20,000 bases of DNA. Origin: an uncultured virus (IMG/VR IMGVR_UViG_3300030328_002383). Its lineage: Duplodnaviria; Heunggongvirae; Uroviricota; Caudoviricetes. Each line of letters opens with the position of its first letter. Within the stretch, counting starts at the first letter, position 1. Positions 1 to 8,082 of this stretch are shown piece after piece. Location: the IMG/VR virus record IMGVR_UViG_3300030328_002383. One strand, written 5' to 3'. Under the pieces are notes generated by a model. The model saw nothing but the letters and a program-made list of their open reading frames with translations, had not been told where the DNA came from and ran no database searches. The position numbers and the translations under genes are program-made.

Positions 1-215
1 CTACACCGAAAAAAAACCTTCGGGAGAAACTGGGGTCATTTCCGGTATTCGTACCTCAAAAAAAACCGTTATACTGCATATCAAAAAGTGCGAAATTAGC
101 CCAAAAACGAGGTCGAGACTACTATAAAGTAAAGGAAGATTCCAGAAAGCAACGGTTGACGAATTATAACCGGAAATGCAAAACCTAAATTGAAAAAAAA
201 TAAGGAGGAAAAAAT

Positions 216-1550
216 ATGGAAATAAATATGAAAGTAAGAATGCCCGAGAATGCCAGTCCAATTATGAATATAGTTGGAATTGAAGAGGTGGCTAATGCAC
301 CTAACAACTGGTCATATGTGATTGATACATTAAATCACATTACCCAAACTGTTGAAGTCAAGAAAAATGGAAACTTAGTTCAAGATTACAAGTTAACCTT
401 GAATGAGTTGAAATCCGTTGTTCGTAAAGTAAATGCTGAACTTAGAAAAGAAGGAAGAAAAGAAGATGTATTGAAAATGTCTGGAACGAAAGAAGATATT
501 ATTGACAGATTAGATATTCTATGCAGAACAGAATCAGAGATGTTAATGTTAGATGCTGAAATGAATAACAATATTGTAGTTAGCCAAGAACAATTATACG
601 AGTTCTCAAAACTAGGATTATTGACAGATGACTTAGGTGCTTCAACTCAACTAGGTTGGAACGGTGTTGATGTAACTTCAATCACTAGAACTGGACATTC
701 TGGAATTGATAAAAGAACATGGGTTAACTCGGCTTGTGAATGGGATGGTTTCGTAGGTTCAGAAGCCTTGAACGGATATGGTACATTTACAGAAGAAAGA
801 TACCTATGTAACAAGAATGTAAACTATGCTAGATATGGAACTGATGAAGATGCAGAATGTAAAATTGTTGAGGAAGAAATTAGACTAGGAAGAACAGTTG
901 AAAAAGTCATTATCGGATATGCTGCAAAAGGAAAACAAACTTGTTCATTATGTGGCGGAGATGCGATTGTTCCTCATCATAGACCATCAGTATCAGACAA
1001 GAATGGAAAACACTTGTCAATGCCATTTATTGAGATAACAAACGGTGTTAGAAGTGTTAGAATGTCATCAGCATCCGAAGTAGTTGTGAAGAAGTGGAAA
1101 GATGCTTGGGGTAATCAGAGAAAAAGAGCAGTTAGACAACCATGTAAACAAAGAATCGGAACTGTGCCAGTACATCTTCAAAAGAAAGGTGCTAGAGTAT
1201 GGGTTAGAAGAAACGGAAAGAGATATGCTACTGATTGTTACTTACAGCAGGTAGTAGTTGAAACTGATTTCAATTCTCAATTATTCTCCGTTTGGATGGC
1301 TATCGAATGTAGTCCTAGAACTTACGAAGATGGTACAAGAATTGAGAATAAGAAGATACTAGATAGGATTCACCAACCAAGACCATCAAGAATGGCCGTA
1401 ACTATGGCAAATGCTGTTAGAAATGATAAGAAGTTGAATTATGTTAGAGCATCAATATTCAATGAAGATGGAGAGGATATAATGTGGGATGAATTACAAT
1501 ACAAAGCAGATGTCTCAAATGACATTGAAGATGGTGCGGGGGTGGTCTGA
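216..1550 (+). CDS. Hypothetical protein (444 aa) with SAP/HeH-like DNA-binding motif and CxxC
   Basis: Strong AAGGAGG RBS before the ATG. LTLNELKSVVRK...MSGTKEDIIDRL resembles the SAP/HeH consensus with an insertion. CSLC and other Cys residues lie in a basic C-terminal half. Confidence 0.75.
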   Translation: MEINMKVRMPENASPIMNIVGIEEVANAPNNWSYVIDTLNHITQTVEVKKNGNLVQDYKLTLNELKSVVRKVNAELRKEGRKEDVLKMSGTKEDIIDRLDILCRTESEMLMLDAEMNNNIVVSQEQLYEFSKLGLLTDDLGASTQLGWNGVDVTSITRTGHSGIDKRTWVNSACEWDGFVGSEALNGYGTFTEERYLCNKNVNYARYGTDEDAECKIVEEEIRLGRTVEKVIIGYAAKGKQTCSLCGGDAIVPHHRPSVSDKNGKHLSMPFIEITNGVRSVRMSSASEVVVKKWKDAWGNQRKRAVRQPCKQRIGTVPVHLQKKGARVWVRRNGKRYATDCYLQQVVVETDFNSQLFSVWMAIECSPRTYEDGTRIENKKILDRIHQPRPSRMAVTMANAVRNDKKLNYVRASIFNEDGEDIMWDELQYKADVSNDIEDGAGVV

Positions 1551-1564
1551 AAATGACCTCCCCC
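1538..1564 (+). promoter_or_regulatory. GC-rich hairpin spanning the stop of ORF 216-1550 and the start of ORF 1553
   Basis: GGGGG-T-GGTC / loop TGAAAAT / GACC-T-CCCCC inverted repeat, followed by a pyrimidine tract. Confidence 0.5.
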
Positions 1565-2041
1565 CTCCTTCCTCCTTCCCTTCCTTATCCATTATCATTG
1601 GAATTGGTTAGTGACATTATTCATTGTGTTATTATTGAAGATATTCCGTTATTATCCATAGAATCAGACATCAAACATTTCAATGAGTTTGGAATACCAA
1701 TTCATCAAGAATATTTATCATATTCATTTGAAACATTAGCAACTGCTTTCATTCATGGAATTGAACCATTGTTTAGATTAAAAATAATTAGCGATTTGAC
1801 CGAAGAAGAAGTTAGACATTGGGATAATACATTGAAATTAATTAGTAAATATTCTACCTATGATTACTTCGATAATAATGGTTTAAGTTCTGAAATTAGA
1901 CAGGGAATAATTGATTCAGATATTGAATCTATATTCAATCCTTTACTAGATATAATTCGTTACATGAATAATTCGGATGTAGATTTATTGAGTATGGTTT
2001 TAGCCATCAATGAATTATATCATTCTGAGGATATGAGGTGA
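1553..2041 (+). CDS. Hypothetical acidic protein (162 aa; start uncertain)
   Basis: Long ORF in AT-rich DNA, in operon position between two + strand genes. The N-terminus is low complexity and overlaps the hairpin and pyrimidine tract. Confidence 0.6.
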   Translation: MTSPLLPPSLPYPLSLELVSDIIHCVIIEDIPLLSIESDIKHFNEFGIPIHQEYLSYSFETLATAFIHGIEPLFRLKIISDLTEEEVRHWDNTLKLISKYSTYDYFDNNGLSSEIRQGIIDSDIESIFNPLLDIIRYMNNSDVDLLSMVLAINELYHSEDMR

Positions 2042-2045
2042 ATAT

Positions 2046-2219
2046 ATGGATTCTGAAATTATCATTCTTCATCAATGTCAGAATTGTCCTTGTTACATAG
2101 ATTCTGGAATTATTTTATGCTCAGATTGTCATAAACAATGGATTATCGACATTAACAACGATGCAGACATGATAACGAAACAGCAATTGCCGTTTCCTAG
2201 CCTCTCAAGGTGGATTTAA
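2046..2219 (+). CDS. Small Zn-finger protein (57 aa; not in ORF track)
   Basis: GAGGTGA SD directly upstream. Translation MDSEIIILHQCQNCPCYIDSGIILCSDCHKQW...SRWI* has two CxxC pairs. Confidence 0.65.
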   Translation: MDSEIIILHQCQNCPCYIDSGIILCSDCHKQWIIDINNDADMITKQQLPFPSLSRWI

Positions 2220-2258
2220 CGCCGTTAATTAACCCCTAGAGTTCAAACCACTACCCCC

Positions 2259-2310
2259 CCCTCTAAAGTGGCTTAAAACGTCACTTTAGGGGGTGCAATT
2301 TTTGGATTTT
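2259..2310 (+). terminator. Hairpin plus T-tracts between convergent gene blocks
   Basis: CCCTCTAAAGTG ... CACTTTAGGGGG stem (2259-2293) followed by TTTTT/TTTTTT runs. Confidence 0.5.
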
Positions 2311-2452
2311 TTATGGATTAGTGAAAACTAGGTCGCCAAAACCTATGAAAACACGACTATACTGAATGGCTACCACCTTTTCAGATACAAAATAATTTTT
2401 TTGAAAAAATATTTTTAAGAGACTTGTTTTTGGCTTGTATTGGGTTTGATGA

Positions 2453-2731
2453 CTACCGCCCCTCGTCATCGGCCCGCTTATATTCTTTATGCTTGCCGTT
2501 AGGGTATACTCTAACTTCTCTAGTAATTATACGACCCTTTTTAATCTCGCGGCGAATCCACGCAGGTACAGACTTGACAGTCATCTGTTTCCAATGTCTA
2601 GGTATTTCTATTGAGAACCTTCTAGCGATTTGTTCTGCGTTTTTCCAATCTCTATCGAAGAAACCCTCTTCATACATTCTATCAAAACTTTTTTGAACTC
2701 TCACTTTTCTTTTTTCCGGTCCGTGTGTCAT
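2453..2731 (-). CDS. Small basic protein (92 aa), possibly winged-helix DNA-binding
   Basis: ATGA overlap with the terL stop. Lys/Arg-rich, with a helix-helix-helix then beta-hairpin-like pattern (KNAEQIARRF...SVPAWIRR...ITREVRVYPNGKHKEY). Confidence 0.6.
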   Translation of the reverse strand: MTHGPEKRKVRVQKSFDRMYEEGFFDRDWKNAEQIARRFSIEIPRHWKQMTVKSVPAWIRREIKKGRIITREVRVYPNGKHKEYKRADDEGR

Positions 2732-4224
2732 TTTCTAATCACTCTCCCACCAATACCCGAACCAATACTAGGTAGTCCTTTACTTCCACCTAACCATTGA
2801 CCGGCTTTTAGAGTTTTCATAACTACCGGCATATCCGGTGTTCTGTATGTAAATTGGTCTATAGCGTGAGCCAAAGCCATAGTAGTATCGTTATGTTTAC
2901 CTAAGTCAACAATAAGACCCTCTCTCCACGCATGAGTTTCTAATTCTTCTAATACCACATTTACTAAACGTCTTGTGTCATCACTACCGAAAGGGAACAT
3001 AACTAATTCTCTCTCGAACCATACACGCAAACGATTTAATAATCCTTGTTTCAAAGTCCTATTACTTACCTTGCTTTGTCTGTAGTCTACCATAGCACCT
3101 TTTTGAGCCAATAGACTTTCATACATTTGTTGGAATCCTACATCTTCGGCAGCAACCGCACAATTACCATAACGCTTTGTCATTTCTATTAATACATCTG
3201 CTTGTTTATCCGGTGGGAAGTCATTTCTTCTCCACATATTTACAAAATGGATATAACCTTCTGCATCTTGCCTAAGCACAACCATGACGCTGTAATCTTG
3301 ACCTAAACCGTGTGAAGGGTCGAAACCTATTACATACCTAGAATCATCCCTTTTATCCGGCTCTAACACATGGTTTATCTGTAGATTCTTTCTAATTAGA
3401 TTTCTAGGGTATACTGCGGATTCATCGTCAACCACTTTACACAAATATTCCTGTGCAAACTCTAAGTCTCCGATAGAGTTTTTTTGTTCTAACAAATATT
3501 GTATAGGTCTTAGTTCTTCCCACAATGCAATCGGTTTTACGTTTTCGGGGTCTGCTCTCCATTCATCCCAGTTAGGTATAGACGACCACACACCAGTTTT
3601 CCAATCTTCGTTACCTAACATTTCAGTATGGTATATATCATTCATAGACATAGGTGTACCAACACAAAACAAACTAGATTTAGGGTCTAGCATAGGCATA
3701 ACTACTTTACGAAGCCAGTTTCTTAATTGACCTAAGTTCAAATCTTTTTTAGCGTCTAAAAGAATATCATCTAACACTACAACGCCCGGATGGTCGCCTC
3801 TGATAGCACTTCCTACAGAAGTACAACGAATAACTGCACCATTAGTAAGATATAATTCTGTTTTACCACCTCTAGTAGTGTCTAAGTATTTACTTAATTG
3901 AGGGTGTTTTGTTAAATCACCTCTAATTTCCGCTAAACGTCTAATTGCAGTATCTCTACTGGCGGAAAACAGCCATGCGTTTATAGGTGCATTGTTGAAT
4001 CTGTCAAAAATAGCCATGTGTAATAACTTAACACCTACGGTTGTACTTTTAGAATGGCCTCTAGGTGCAACTATACATACTTTGTGAACAAACGCCCCTT
4101 TTCTATTACCATAAAGGTCTAACCATTCACCAATATGGTCGCCCCATGTGTAACCTAACCAACGGTAGAAATAACCTACATCATCCCTACTACGTTCTAA
4201 AGACAACTCTGTACTAAAACTCAT
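2728..4224 (-). CDS. terL: Terminase large subunit
   Basis: Walker A APRGHSKST, Walker B VVVLDD, coupling motif VGTP, and FAQEYLC. The RNase H-like nuclease domain shows IGFDPS...DYS and HNDTTMALA. Confidence 0.95.
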   Translation of the reverse strand: MSFSTELSLERSRDDVGYFYRWLGYTWGDHIGEWLDLYGNRKGAFVHKVCIVAPRGHSKSTTVGVKLLHMAIFDRFNNAPINAWLFSASRDTAIRRLAEIRGDLTKHPQLSKYLDTTRGGKTELYLTNGAVIRCTSVGSAIRGDHPGVVVLDDILLDAKKDLNLGQLRNWLRKVVMPMLDPKSSLFCVGTPMSMNDIYHTEMLGNEDWKTGVWSSIPNWDEWRADPENVKPIALWEELRPIQYLLEQKNSIGDLEFAQEYLCKVVDDESAVYPRNLIRKNLQINHVLEPDKRDDSRYVIGFDPSHGLGQDYSVMVVLRQDAEGYIHFVNMWRRNDFPPDKQADVLIEMTKRYGNCAVAAEDVGFQQMYESLLAQKGAMVDYRQSKVSNRTLKQGLLNRLRVWFERELVMFPFGSDDTRRLVNVVLEELETHAWREGLIVDLGKHNDTTMALAHAIDQFTYRTPDMPVVMKTLKAGQWLGGSKGLPSIGSGIGGRVIRK

Positions 4225-4343
4225 TTTGGAACTAACCCCTTTTCAAAACAATAAGGACATACCCTTTCTAAAACTTTACTTCTTAACATACGGGTAGAAG
4301 CCCAACCACATTTAGTACACTTTACAGATTCCCATTTAACCAT
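4221..4343 (-). CDS. Zn-ribbon microprotein (40 aa; not in ORF track)
   Basis: MVKWESVKCTKCGWASTRMLRSKVLERVCPYCFEKGLVPK*. Preceded by a GGTGA SD, starts inside the end of the upstream gene, and its stop overlaps the terL ATG (ATGA). Confidence 0.75.
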   Translation of the reverse strand: MVKWESVKCTKCGWASTRMLRSKVLERVCPYCFEKGLVPK

Positions 4344-5772
4344 GTTTCATCACCGGGGCATACAATGTTCCTATAATTCCATCTTGTTTATCTACTAAGT
4401 GAGCAAAAAGACCTGCACGTTCTGTAACAAACCCTTTTCTATAATGCCATCTATCGTGACCTGCTAGACTAGGTAGTTGTATTACAAAACAACCACCCTT
4501 TTCCATCATATGTGTATAATGCTTATGTCCGTGAAACCACATTCTGTTAGAGCATTTACCCCAAAGGTTTCTTTCTTCGTTAGCCATAATCAAAGGTAAA
4601 TCTAAACTCTTAACAAAATCACCGTGAGTAAAACCTAATAAGTTGTTACCCCAAGTTACATATTGTCTAGACTTAGGACTTACTAAAACAGAAACGTCAT
4701 CTACGTTCTGATATGCAGCCTCTAAATACAACGCTAGTGCTAAAGCAGCAAATCTATCGTGATTACCACTCATAAAGACTATTTCTACAGGTGCTACTTT
4801 TCTCAACATTTCAATATGCTCTTTTGCTAGTTCACATCCATTCATTAGTATTTGTGCAGGTGTACCGGACATATCTTGTGCTGTACCCGCAGTAGTTGTA
4901 CCGCCGTCATTATCTATATGAAACCAGTCACTACCTGTAGCCAAAATTACTTTTTCCGGCTCACTAGGCAATCTATCAATAAGATTCTGAGTTCTGTTAA
5001 GAAGTCTTGACCTAGCCTCTTCCATATCAAAATGCACACCTACTTCATCTACCCAACCACCTTTACCATAATGTAAATCGGTAGGAGATATAACTACCGC
5101 ATAAGGATTGCCTTTAGGCATTTTAATTTTCTTAGGGTTTTTTGCTACAGATATTTTATTTATATTAGAAACAAACTCATCTAAAAGTGTAGCCCGTAGT
5201 TCTCTATATTTTAGAGCATCTTTTTCAATGCCCTCCCATTTTGCTTTATCTATATCTACTAAGAGTTTTTGCTTTTCGTTAAACACTAATTCAGTAAGTA
5301 AATCTTTTCTATCTTTTGTGACTACTTCTTCATCAGTAAAAGGTATCATACTATGCTTCCACTTGTGACTTCTTACATATTCACCTAGCCAAAGTTCGGG
5401 TATATGAAACTCTCTAGACATATCACTTACAGTATAGCCGCCAGTCATGTCGCTGTACGCTCTTTTCATTTTTCTATGTGTTTCACCATTTACTGAAATC
5501 ATAGTACCCATACTATCTAGATAAGTTAGATACACGTCACTAGCAGCATCATAATGAGTTTTTAATCTCTCAATAGGGGCTTCTAGCGGATTACTATATT
5601 CTTCCGCAGAAGGTTGAAAATCTCCACCCCACTCTCTTATGGCGAATCGCCAAGCGTCAATACTTCTTTTTGGCTCTATACTATGCAAAAACCGAGCAAA
5701 CTCGGATGCGTTGTTAAAGCCGTTAGAAGCATATTTTTCTATTAAGTCCATACCACCGTGATACCTTCCCAT
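4336..5772 (-). CDS. Calcineurin-like metallophosphoesterase with N-terminal HTH-like/coiled-coil region
   Basis: All five motifs are present: TDLHYG, GSDWFH, SGNHD, FTHGD, FHGHKH. N-terminal YTVSDMSREFHIPELWLGEYVR is HTH-like. Confidence 0.85.
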   Translation of the reverse strand: MGRYHGGMDLIEKYASNGFNNASEFARFLHSIEPKRSIDAWRFAIREWGGDFQPSAEEYSNPLEAPIERLKTHYDAASDVYLTYLDSMGTMISVNGETHRKMKRAYSDMTGGYTVSDMSREFHIPELWLGEYVRSHKWKHSMIPFTDEEVVTKDRKDLLTELVFNEKQKLLVDIDKAKWEGIEKDALKYRELRATLLDEFVSNINKISVAKNPKKIKMPKGNPYAVVISPTDLHYGKGGWVDEVGVHFDMEEARSRLLNRTQNLIDRLPSEPEKVILATGSDWFHIDNDGGTTTAGTAQDMSGTPAQILMNGCELAKEHIEMLRKVAPVEIVFMSGNHDRFAALALALYLEAAYQNVDDVSVLVSPKSRQYVTWGNNLLGFTHGDFVKSLDLPLIMANEERNLWGKCSNRMWFHGHKHYTHMMEKGGCFVIQLPSLAGHDRWHYRKGFVTERAGLFAHLVDKQDGIIGTLYAPVMKHG

Positions 5773-6088
5773 ATAAAGAGTACGGTAGGCAGGGGGTTCT
5801 TAAACCTTTTTTTTATGTGACATACAATTCTTTCAGAAAAAATTAATGGCTTGCAGTACAGCGATTTTTTTAATTAATTTATTTGTTCAAAGGGGTACAA
5901 TTTATTTCGCCGCTTATTCTAACACTATTACTACTATAATTACGTTAGTAATTTTTCTATACCTTTGAATAAAAAAAAGAATTAAGAAAGTATGGCTCAG
6001 TATAGCGTTTTATTTTTTCTGCAAAAAACAGAAAAAAAAGAAAAAATTAATGAAAAAGTTTATTATACGCTCAAAAAATGCAAAATAC
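5773..6088. promoter_or_regulatory. Divergent AT-rich control region with archaeal BRE/TATA-like promoters
   Basis: Minus-strand AAAAGGTTTAAGAA ends 24 nt before ATG 5772. Plus-strand GAAAAAGTTTATTATA lies ~30 nt before ATG 6089. Internal direct and inverted repeats are present. Confidence 0.65.
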
Positions 6089-7480
6089 ATGGCGGAACGT
6101 AGTTCTTGGAATCCCTTTAGGTCAAGACAAGTTAAGGGGGCGGAAAAAACAATAAAAAGAATAGGAAGTAATCAAAAGTTCTCTGCGGTAGCGGGTATTC
6201 CCGATATAGTTAGAGACACGGAAAGGTTGAGACAGGACAGTAAGTTCGATAATGAGTTTGACCTTTACGACCACATGATTAAATTAGACCCCGAACTAAA
6301 CGGGGCGGTTCGTGCTGTATCTTTGACAGCCAACAATTATGAGATAAATTACGATAAAGGTAAAAACGCTACTATTAGAAATGCTATACAAGAACTTGTA
6401 GAAGAAACGCTAGATTTAGATGATATACTAATCAACAAAATGCGTAACCTAATGGTTTACGGTAATGACATAAATAAATTAGTCGGTAAAGAAGGTGTGG
6501 GCATAACCAACTTACAAAACCTCCCAATCAAACAAATAACTATAGTTGACGAAAGAGGCGGCTTAGGTTCTTACTTCGTAGCAGACGAAGATAACCCTAT
6601 TATGAATGCTACTACATATATGGTAAGAGAAGGTACGATGTACGAAGTAGCAATACCTAACCGTGAAATATTACACGTTAGAGTAGATTATAGAAGTAAT
6701 TGGTTTACAGACAACAAAGGTAGAAAAACTTACGGTGTTTGGGGTGCTTCCCGTTTTACATCACTAAAACAAGCAATACGAATGAAATACAACACAATGA
6801 ACAATCGTATCTCATTAGAAGATGCTATGACAAAACAATACATAACTATTGACAAGTCTGCTATCGAACACATACAAGACCCTGCCGAACAACAAGAAAG
6901 GTTACTTTACATTATGGATGAGGTTATTACTTTGTTTCAAGGATTGCGGGGCGACCAAATACCCGTACTACCCCACTATGTTGAACTACATCACGTTGAT
7001 TTAGGTAACGCTTTACCGAACTCAAGTGATTTCTTAGACAGCGTAAATGCTGACATAGCAGCCGTACTACAAGTACCGAGAGTTGCAGCAGGTCAAGAAA
7101 AAGGTTCGACATTCGCAGCGACATTTAACGCTAACCTTTGGGCGGTACAAGCAATATCTCGTATGCACCGAATCTTACAAGATAGCACTATGAAAATATT
7201 TTCCGAGCATTTGAATCTTATTGGTATAGAACACAAAATGAAAGATTTACCTACAATCACATTTGACACTATGGATAGTGAAACACCACTAAATGTAATG
7301 CAAAGAATGGTTATGGGTTACACAAATGGTATTTTAACACTAAACCAAGCACTAGAAGGTCTTAGCCTTCCGTCTGCAAAAGACGGAGATAAAAGAAAAG
7401 AAACTGAAAGTTCAGATAGTGTAGGTGAATTACCTAGAGAGAACTCTCAACCATCAGCACCGACTGAGGATGAACTATGA
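6089..7480 (+). CDS. Portal protein (start probably 6089, MAERSS..., rather than 6050)
   Basis: ~460 aa and first gene of the head operon. Portal-like segments NLMVYGND, EILHVR, YGVWGASRF and IAAVLQVP, with C-terminal GILTLNQA. Confidence 0.8.
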   Translation: MAERSSWNPFRSRQVKGAEKTIKRIGSNQKFSAVAGIPDIVRDTERLRQDSKFDNEFDLYDHMIKLDPELNGAVRAVSLTANNYEINYDKGKNATIRNAIQELVEETLDLDDILINKMRNLMVYGNDINKLVGKEGVGITNLQNLPIKQITIVDERGGLGSYFVADEDNPIMNATTYMVREGTMYEVAIPNREILHVRVDYRSNWFTDNKGRKTYGVWGASRFTSLKQAIRMKYNTMNNRISLEDAMTKQYITIDKSAIEHIQDPAEQQERLLYIMDEVITLFQGLRGDQIPVLPHYVELHHVDLGNALPNSSDFLDSVNADIAAVLQVPRVAAGQEKGSTFAATFNANLWAVQAISRMHRILQDSTMKIFSEHLNLIGIEHKMKDLPTITFDTMDSETPLNVMQRMVMGYTNGILTLNQALEGLSLPSAKDGDKRKETESSDSVGELPRENSQPSAPTEDEL

Positions 7481-8082
7481 AAGTATTAGTCGCTTGTGAG
7501 TTTTCCGGTAAAGTAAGAGATTCTTTCATAAGGAAAGGACACGAAGCATTGAGTTGTGATTTATTACCAAGTGAAAGTAATTTAGGTGAACATTATCAAG
7601 GAAATGTTATAGACATACTAAATGATGGGTGGGATTTAATGATTGCACACCCACCATGTACTCATTTATCTACATCGGGTGCAAGATGGTTTACCGAAGG
7701 ACTCAAATCCAAAGAGTTACAAAAAGAGGCTTTAGAGTTTGTAAATGTTCTTATGAATGCACCTATAGAAAGAATATGTATAGAAAACCCAGTATCAGTA
7801 ATTTCTACACAAATTAGAGAACCGGACCAAATTATTAACCCTTATATGTTCGGACATAATGCGAGAAAGAGAACGTGTCTTTGGTTAAAAAATCTCCCCA
7901 CATTAATACCTACAGAAGTAGTTGACCCTCTTTTAATAACTTACAAAGGGAAAACATTTTCCCATGATTACGGAGGCACTAATTTAGGTTATAATAAAAG
8001 ACGGTCTGTTACTTACGATGGTATTGCTAATGCTATGGCTACACAATGGGGGTCTGTAAAAAATGGAGGTCTTAATTTTTGA
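7477..8082 (+). CDS. Short DNA cytosine-C5 methyltransferase-like protein
   Basis: N-terminal VLVACEFSG SAM-binding-like motif, catalytic AHPPC, IENPV, RKRTCLW, and C-terminal GIANAMATQWG. ATGA overlap with the portal stop. Confidence 0.8.
   Translation: MKVLVACEFSGKVRDSFIRKGHEALSCDLLPSESNLGEHYQGNVIDILNDGWDLMIAHPPCTHLSTSGARWFTEGLKSKELQKEALEFVNVLMNAPIERICIENPVSVISTQIREPDQIINPYMFGHNARKRTCLWLKNLPTLIPTEVVDPLLITYKGKTFSHDYGGTNLGYNKRRSVTYDGIANAMATQWGSVKNGGLNF

Noticed and set aside
156..170. TTGACG...TATAAC resembling a bacterial sigma70 promoter
   Set aside because: The spacer is only 3 nt instead of ~17, and the sequence is part of the inverted repeat.
1..261. Minus-strand 86-aa ORF
   Set aside because: Phe-rich product arises from A-tracts. 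It overlaps the RBS and start of the well-supported + gene and runs through a structured non-coding region.
2220..2452. tRNA or integration (att) site in the intergenic gap
   Set aside because: No cloverleaf or T-loop consensus is seen, and there is no integrase in the window.
2424..2696. Plus-strand 90-aa ORF and other short antisense or alternate-frame ORFs (386-571, 5108-5368, 6927-7124, 7629-7817, 8279-8524, 8967-9244, 9396-9800, 10010-10348, 11781-11999, 13674-13970, 14875-15306)
   Set aside because: They are shadows of better-supported genes, with no RBS or motifs.
4336..5772. Calling the phosphoesterase Mre11/SbcD or a DNA polymerase small subunit
   Set aside because: Only the generic calcineurin-like motifs are visible, and there is no adjacent Rad50/SbcC ATPase or polymerase.
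6050..6088. Portal start at 6050 as in the ORF track
   Set aside because: The extension overlaps the TATA-like box and an AT-rich repeat. ATG 6089 fits the -30 promoter spacing better.
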